A stretch of 64,000 nucleotides of DNA from Rebecca billardiae RCC1528 (taxonomy: Eukaryota > Protista > Haptophyta). Both the position numbers and the translations under genes were made by a program. Positions 58,076 to 64,000 of this stretch are shown in pieces; position 1 is the stretch's first letter, and each line of letters starts with the position of its first letter. Location: NCBI GenBank assembly GCA_965240325.2, contig OZ251227.1:1240001-1304000 (forward strand). The letters run 5' to 3'. The notes under the pieces are model-generated. The model was given only the letters and a program-made list of their open reading frames with translations, made no database searches and was not told the DNA's origin.

Positions 58076-58879
58076 TTAGAGCGACCCAGCCGCGGCGTGC
58101 GCCGGCGGCCTGAACAGACTCACGGGCGGCCTCGGCGCGCCCGTGCGCACGTTGGGGTTGAGGCACTTGCGCCCCGTGCACGCCTGCTTCTTCACGCCCG
58201 GCCCACCAAACTTGGGCTTGTCCAAGCAGTTGGTGCACTTGCCGCAGTCGGGCTGCAGGCAGTTAATGCACGTGCCACACCGCGAGCCACGCAGCTTCTT
58301 CGCGCGCCCGTCGTCGTCGTACTCGTCCTCCTCCCCGCCGTCGCCGCCGTCGTCCATCCCGTGATCCGTGAGCTCCGCATCCGCAGGCGACCGCTTCGTG
58401 CCCGTGAGTGTCGAGAGCACCTCGGCGGCCTCGCGGCCGGTGGGCGAGAGCGCGATGTCGTCGAACGGCGCGGCAAAACCGCCCGCAGGATCGGGCAGCG
58501 GTACCATCGGCGGCACCGAGATGTACTGGCGTGACGGCGGGTGCATCGGCGAGAGGTTAGACAAGTCGGGCGAGAGCGGGTTGCCCGCGCCCGCGCCCGC
58601 GGCGGCGGTGCCGTCTGATCTGGGGGCCGAACGGCCCGAGGGCGGCGCATCGGATCGAGCAGGCGCGCTGCCAGGCGTCGTCTCCTCCGGAGGGCTGAGG
58701 GTCTCCGAGCCCGCAGCGCCAGCGCCCGCCCCCGCAGCCGCGCTCCGCCTCGTGCTGTACACCGGCGCGTCGAGTGGCACGGAGAGCGCATCGGCCGAGT
58801 CGCGTCGCTCGGCGGTGGGGCCATCACCAGCTGCGTCTGCCGGCGCGTCCGCCGCGCGCTCGGCTCCTCGTCGCGCCAT
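58076..58879 (-). CDS. CXXC zinc-finger protein (3' end may be spliced after the finger)
   Basis: RCGTCINCLQPDCGKCTNCLDKPKFGGPGVKKQACTGRKC, including the KFGG motif. Confidence 0.88.
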   Translation of the reverse strand: MARRGAERAADAPADAAGDGPTAERRDSADALSVPLDAPVYSTRRSAAAGAGAGAAGSETLSPPEETTPGSAPARSDAPPSGRSAPRSDGTAAAGAGAGNPLSPDLSNLSPMHPPSRQYISVPPMVPLPDPAGGFAAPFDDIALSPTGREAAEVLSTLTGTKRSPADAELTDHGMDDGGDGGEEDEYDDDGRAKKLRGSRCGTCINCLQPDCGKCTNCLDKPKFGGPGVKKQACTGRKCLNPNVRTGAPRPPVSLFRPPAHAAAGSL

Positions 58880-59198
58880 TGCAGTGGAGTAACGCGCGCC
58901 CGAGATGCACCTGCCGACCGAGGCGGCGGCCGCCCGAGACTGATAACAATCGGCGGCAGGCTGTCGGTCGGCGCCCAGCCCCTTCCGAGCCGTGTCCGGC
59001 AGGTCCCCCAACGCCTGACCGTGACGGTTTGTGAACGTTGGCTACAAGGGGTGGTGCGCAGGCTGATGAGAAGATTCAAGAGGGCGGGTACTCAACTTCC
59101 AAGCACCGGACAGCAGGCCCGGACCAAGGGCCCTTGCCCGGACCAAAGGACCATCAAATCGGACTGTCCTGCCCCGGCAACCTCACCTTCGGCTGGTA

Positions 59199-61773
59199 GA
59201 GACCCCTTCAGGGAAATCGGCCTTGGCTTGGGTCAGCGCGCCGCTGGTGGCTTGGGTCGCACCCAAGCCACTCGCGGCTTGGCTTGGGTCAGGGAGATCA
59301 TACGGAATGCCGCTCAGATCATATGCCGTGCGCGCATGCGCGCGGCCTCGCGGCCGTGCACGGCCGCGCACGGCCGGGCACGGGCGCGGCGGGCCGGCAT
59401 TGGCGGTCGCACACCAGCGCTGGGGTGCGTGGCACCCGCCCGCGCCCTCGGGGCGTGCCCGCACGCCCTCCTCCGCCGCCGCGCAGCGCGCTTGTGCCTG
59501 CGGCCTCGCGGCCCGCCTGGGCGCGCCGAAAGCACGGGCGCACACCGAGCCGCTTGTGGCGCATCAGGCCCGTCGCGTGGGCGCATGGCATGGTCATTGG
59601 TGAGCATACGCCGTCGGGCTTTCGCGATGCCGGCTGTGCGGAGCCTCCCGACCACGAGCACCGCGCGTTGCGCAGCCGAGCCCAGGCAGTGGCCGGGCTG
59701 ACCGCTCGGACGCTCGGCGCCGCCAAGCAACACACCGGCGTTCAGGACGAGGCGGCACGCAGCGTATGCGGCAGCTGTAGACTACGTGCCATGCGCCAAG
59801 CCGCGTGCGGAGTGTCAGAACGACCATCTTAGCCCTCACGATCGTGCCGCGCGTGGGGATTGCACACAAGCAGTGCTCGAGCTCGCTCCGACCGCAGGCG
59901 TCGAGCTGGGAAAGCCGTGTAGTGCTGCGCGCCGGCGCGCGCGCGCGCGAGGCAGGCCTGCGCGCGGCATCGCCCGCGCCTCGGCCATCGCATCGATCGT
60001 GCTGCACTGTGAACATGATGCCAGCGGGGGCGTGATGTCAGCTATCGCCTTGTTGCGGAACACCTCCGCCACCCGCCAGCCTACTGGAGCGCTCAGCTCA
60101 GCGCTGTTGTGGCAATGCTGTGTGTGTTCGGCTGACAGCGCGAGGCAACGTTTGACAGCATGCCTTCTGCGCACGTGTGCCTACTAGGTGCGGTAGGCCT
60201 TGAAGAACCTCAACCCGGGACTACTTGTTGCTTGTACCAGATCAGAGCGCAGAGTCAGCACTCTGACTCAGCACGTCACTGCTGTCAGTGGCGTGCCAGC
60301 AGCGCCCAGGCTGCCGGTGCTTGAGACGGCGATGCATCGAAGCCTCTGGACATTATTGCACGCTCGAAGAAGACCACGATCGCAAGTCTGTATCGGAGAA
60401 CAGAACGCGTCCGGTGTACTCGCATGCCCTATCACATATCGCTGCTGCAAGTATGCCCGTGTCACATCAGACGAGTTGTCTGCCCCGGCACTCGGAATTG
60501 CTGAGGCGCGCGCGGGCCGAGCAAGCTATCAGGTCGCCACTCAGCTGCGATGAGTTGCCAGTTGATGCAATTACGGCAGCTCAACCGAGCGGGCAAACCT
60601 AAGAGCGCGTCTCAACAGCGGCAAAAGCTGCATCATAGTCTTACTGTGACCGCTGTGCTGGCATCATCGCGAGCTCGTGGGCAACAGCCGTCCCAGTACG
60701 TCGTCCAAGGCGCAGCCGACAGCGCTAAGCGTATGCTTGCGCGTGTAGATCCAAGGTTGCTTCGCTCTAGAAGGCGTGGCTCAGCTGCTGCTCGCAGTAG
60801 TCGACCAGATATACAGATCAAGCGCGAGGACGGTGTGTAGTGCAGCGGGCGCATCATCGGCGATGCTACTGTCTTCGACTGAGGGCGTGACTGAGAACTG
60901 TCACCATGTGCCCAGCCCATGATGATGTAGGCAGCGCGCACTCACCACACCGGTATATCATTGGTGCAAGCACGATCGATGCGATGGCCGAGGCGCGGGC
61001 GATGCCGCGCGCAGGCCTGCCTCGCGCGCGCGCGCGCCGGCGCGCAGCACTACACGGCTTTCCCAGCTCGACGCCTGCGGTCGGAGCGAGCTCGAGCACT
61101 GCTTGTGTGCAATCCCCACGCGCGGCACGATCGTGAGGGCTAAGATGGTCGTTCTGACACTCCGCACGCGGCTTGGCGCATGGCACGTAGTCTACAGCTG
61201 CCGCATACGCTGCGTGCCGCCTCGTCCTGAACGCCGGTGTGTTGCTTGGCGGCGCCGAGCGTCCGAGCGGTCAGCCCGGCCACTGCCTGGGCTCGGCTGC
61301 GCAACGCGCGGTGCTCGTGGTCGGGAGGCTCCGCACAGCCGGCATCGCGAAAGCCCGACGGCGTATGCTCACCAATGACCATGCCATGCGCCCACGCGAC
61401 GGGCCTGATGCGCCACAAGCGGCTCGGTGTGCGCCCGTGCTTTCGGCGCGCCCAGGCGGGCCGCGAGGCCGCAGGCACAAGCGCGCTGCGCGGCGGCGGA
61501 GGAGGGCGTGCGGGCACGCCCCGAGGGCGCGGGCGGGTGCCACGCACCCCAGCGCTGGTGTGCGACCGCCAATGCCGGCCCGCCGCGCCCGTGCCCGGCC
61601 GTGCGCGGCCGTGCACGGCCGCGAGGCCGCGCGCATGCGCGCACGGCATATGATCTGAGCGGCATTCCGTATGATCTCCCTGACCCAAGCCAAGCCGCGA
61701 GTGGCTTGGGTGCGACCCAAGCCACCAGCGGCGCGCTGACCCAAGCCAAGGCCGATTTCCCTGAAGGGGTCTC
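59199..61773. mobile_element. Foldback-type non-autonomous DNA element, 2575 bp, with 805-bp TIRs and 5-bp TSD TGGTA
   Basis: 59199-60003 is the reverse complement of 60969-61773. Mirror ORF pairs translate identically and their coordinates all sum to 120972. TGGTA at 59194-59198 and 61774-61778; termini GAGACCCC...GGGGTCTC. Confidence 0.92.
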
Positions 61774-61855
61774 TGGTACCGCACCGGCCTGGCGACCGGC
61801 CCTCCGACTCGGCCGAGTGGCGACCGGGGAGCGCGCGCGCGATCGGTCCATCAGC

Positions 61856-62935
61856 ATGGGCCCCTCGTCCGCGCTGCTGGCGCGCCTCGTGCCGCTGTGT
61901 GCGGTGGGCGCGCGGCGGCTGGCGGGCTCGGTGGGGCGGGGCGGGGCCGCGACGATACACATGTCCCCGTCCGAGCCGGGCGTCGTGTATTACGTCGCGA
62001 CACCGATTGGCAACCTCGAGGACATCACGCTGCGCGCTCTACGCGTGCTGCGCGAGGCAGACGTGGTCGCGTCGGAGGACACGCGACGGACGGGCATCCT
62101 GCTGCGCCATCATGGGATTGAGGGGAAGAAGCAGCTCTCGCACCACGAGCACAACTGGCGCGCGCGCGTGCCAGATCTGGTGCGGCGCGCGCGCGACGAG
62201 GGGCAGACGATCGCAGTCGTCACGGACGCGGGCACCCCTGGCATCTCGGATCCCGGCTCGCAGCTCGCGGCCGCGTGCGCGCTCGCCGGCGTCCGTGTCG
62301 TCCCCGTGCCTGGTGCGTGCGCTGCCGTCGCCGCCGTCTCGGTCGCGGCTCTGCCCTCGCCTGACTTCATCTTTGCCGGCTTTGTGCCCTCCTCGGGCTC
62401 CGAGCGGCGCAGACGGCTCGCGGAGCTGCGTGCCGAACCGCGCGCGTTCGTGCTCTACGAGGCACCGCACCGGCTGATCGCCACGCTGGAGGGTCTCATC
62501 GGCGCGCCCGACCCCGCGAGCTCCGCCACCGAGGGCGTGGACACCGCTTCTGCGGAGAGGGCCACCGGCGGCGATGATCGGGGTGAGCGGGGCGTACTAG
62601 TTGCGCGCGAGCTGAGCAAGGTGCACGAGGAGCTCTGGCGAGGGACGCTCTCGGGCGCGCTCGCGCACTACGCGACGCTCGATGCCGCTGGCGCCATCCG
62701 CGGCGAGTTCACGTTGGTGATCCAGCCCGATGAGCGCATTGCCAAGGCGGCGGCGGATGCAGCGCTGGAGGACAAGCGCGCCCGCGCCGAGGATGAGCTC
62801 CGAGCGCGCGCGGCAGCGGGCGAGCGGATGTCCGCCGCGGTCAAGGGCGTGGTTGCCGCGACAGGCGCGCCGCGGCGCGAGGTGTACGCTCTCGCCTTGG
62901 CGATGGGCCGCGAGGCATGGCCAGGCGCGTCGTGA
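61856..62935 (+). CDS. rsmI: 16S rRNA (cytidine1402-2'-O)-methyltransferase, organelle-targeted
   Basis: YYVATPIGNLEDITLRALRVLREADVVASEDTRRT, VTDAGTPGISDPG, VLYEAPHRL, VARELSKVHEE and RGEFTLVI, with an N-terminal extension. Confidence 0.95.
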   Translation: MGPSSALLARLVPLCAVGARRLAGSVGRGGAATIHMSPSEPGVVYYVATPIGNLEDITLRALRVLREADVVASEDTRRTGILLRHHGIEGKKQLSHHEHNWRARVPDLVRRARDEGQTIAVVTDAGTPGISDPGSQLAAACALAGVRVVPVPGACAAVAAVSVAALPSPDFIFAGFVPSSGSERRRRLAELRAEPRAFVLYEAPHRLIATLEGLIGAPDPASSATEGVDTASAERATGGDDRGERGVLVARELSKVHEELWRGTLSGALAHYATLDAAGAIRGEFTLVIQPDERIAKAAADAALEDKRARAEDELRARAAAGERMSAAVKGVVAATGAPRREVYALALAMGREAWPGAS

Positions 62936-63211
62936 CGCTTGATAGTCGTACGTACCGCGGACCGGGCGCCATCGTTCTTGTCCACTACTTGTACGCAACC
63001 AGATTTTAAGTTTAGCCTTTTGCGGGCGTTTTAAGGCTTTAAGCGCCATTAGCCACACCACACGGCGCGTTAGTCCAAACCGGCACAACCGTCGTTGCGG
63101 CGTTGCCGGTTGGTTAGCCGGCTTCACTCGGTCGACCGTCTCGCGTCGTCCAATCGCGTGGCGCGGTTGGGCCGTGGGGCGCTCTCGGCCGCGTTTTTTT
63201 TTAGACTTGCT

Positions 63212-64000
63212 ATGGCTGCCCGCTGCGGGCTGATGCGCGCGCTGGGCTGCGTGCTCGCCCTGCCCGCCCTCACAGCCGGCGCGTGCACGTCGTCGACGTG
63301 GGCCGCGGGCGATTCGCCCACCGATGGTCTGCTTCCTCGCGCCTTCCTCGCCGCCGGCTCGCCCGGCTTCGTGCTCAACGCGACGTCCGTGCCGCGCGAC
63401 GAGGTCGAGGTCGGGCTGCTGGGCTGGACGCCACCCGGGCAGACGGTGACTGTCGGCGCGGTGGTGGGCGGCGTCGAGGTGTCGACCGTGGCCGAGGTGG
63501 CCTTGCGTCGCGCGCGCCCCTCGCACATCAACGCGACCGCGCGCACGCCCACCCTCTACGCCGACACCGAGGCGCGGCGCGCGCTGGCCGTCTTCTTCGT
63601 CGCGCGCGCGCCGTCCGGGCTCTCGCTCGTCGACCTGGACGGCGCGACGGTGTCGATGAGCCTGGAGCTGCGGGACGATGGCACCGAGTACTGCTCGAGC
63701 GCGTGGATGGGCCAGGGCTGCGTCGAGTACGGCTGCTCGCCCACTCCGGCGTGCAGCGCGCTCAGTGCCGAGGAGGTGCGCGCGGCAGCCGAGGACGCGT
63801 GCGTCTGCGCGCCCGCCGCGATCGACTACTCGGGCGTGGCGGGGTACGCGGCGCCCGTGCCGCGCTGCGAGCTGCACGCAGGCGCGGACGGGCTGCTCGC
63901 GGGCTCCGTGCTCGCGCAGCACGACGCCCTCGGCCTCGGCACCGACGCCGGCATGCAGTTTGGATCGGGCGAGTGCGTGGTCGAGCTGCCTGCCATCTGG
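63212..64000 (+). CDS. Secreted or surface protein of unknown function, 3' partial
   Basis: MAARCGLMRALGCVLALPALTAG signal-like start; GC3-biased frame open to the window end; Cys-rich segment. Confidence 0.7.
   Translation, partial: MAARCGLMRALGCVLALPALTAGACTSSTWAAGDSPTDGLLPRAFLAAGSPGFVLNATSVPRDEVEVGLLGWTPPGQTVTVGAVVGGVEVSTVAEVALRRARPSHINATARTPTLYADTEARRALAVFFVARAPSGLSLVDLDGATVSMSLELRDDGTEYCSSAWMGQGCVEYGCSPTPACSALSAEEVRAAAEDACVCAPAAIDYSGVAGYAAPVPRCELHAGADGLLAGSVLAQHDALGLGTDAGMQFGSGECVVELPAIW

Noticed and set aside
61427-61855. N-terminal extension of the RsmI ORF to 502 aa
   Set aside because: The extension reads through the foldback TIR; the plausible start is ATG 61856.

Overview
This is very GC-rich eukaryotic genomic DNA with short GC-rich GT-AG introns, compact head-to-head gene pairs and microsatellites. 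An algal origin, such as a Pavlovales haptophyte, is an inference from composition only. About 18 protein-coding genes can be supported: a tandem cNMP-binding protein (partial), a Dpy-30-like/LRR protein, a secreted PhyH-type 2OG dioxygenase, an alpha/beta hydrolase, a large EF-hand membrane protein, metaxin, PCID2/THP1, two inverted GT25 paralogues, a copper type II monooxygenase, a Ubl protein with a nested SH3-like domain, an R2R3-MYB, a signal-peptide Mn-type SOD ending in KAEL, a membrane-SnoaL fusion, a zf-CXXC protein, RsmI and a secreted protein running off the end. Most long ORFs in the supplied track are GC-rich shadow frames. The most striking unexplained structure is in the intergenic DNA. 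Two sister families of 1.6-2.2 kb non-coding mobile elements (5 complete copies, 2 fragments) share one terminal layout: AT-GGC, a 5' inverted repeat, captured gene fragments, a subterminal partner repeat, a conserved AACTWCGTT..CTAC..GAAG spacer, a covarying 7-bp hairpin and AT. This points to rolling-circle (Helitron2/Helentron/Replitron-like) mobilisation with cargo shuffling. The window also contains a 2575-bp foldback element with 805-bp arms and a 5-bp TSD, a hAT MITE, a microsatellite-associated 40-bp hairpin terminus family, and signs of insertion-biased sequence decay.
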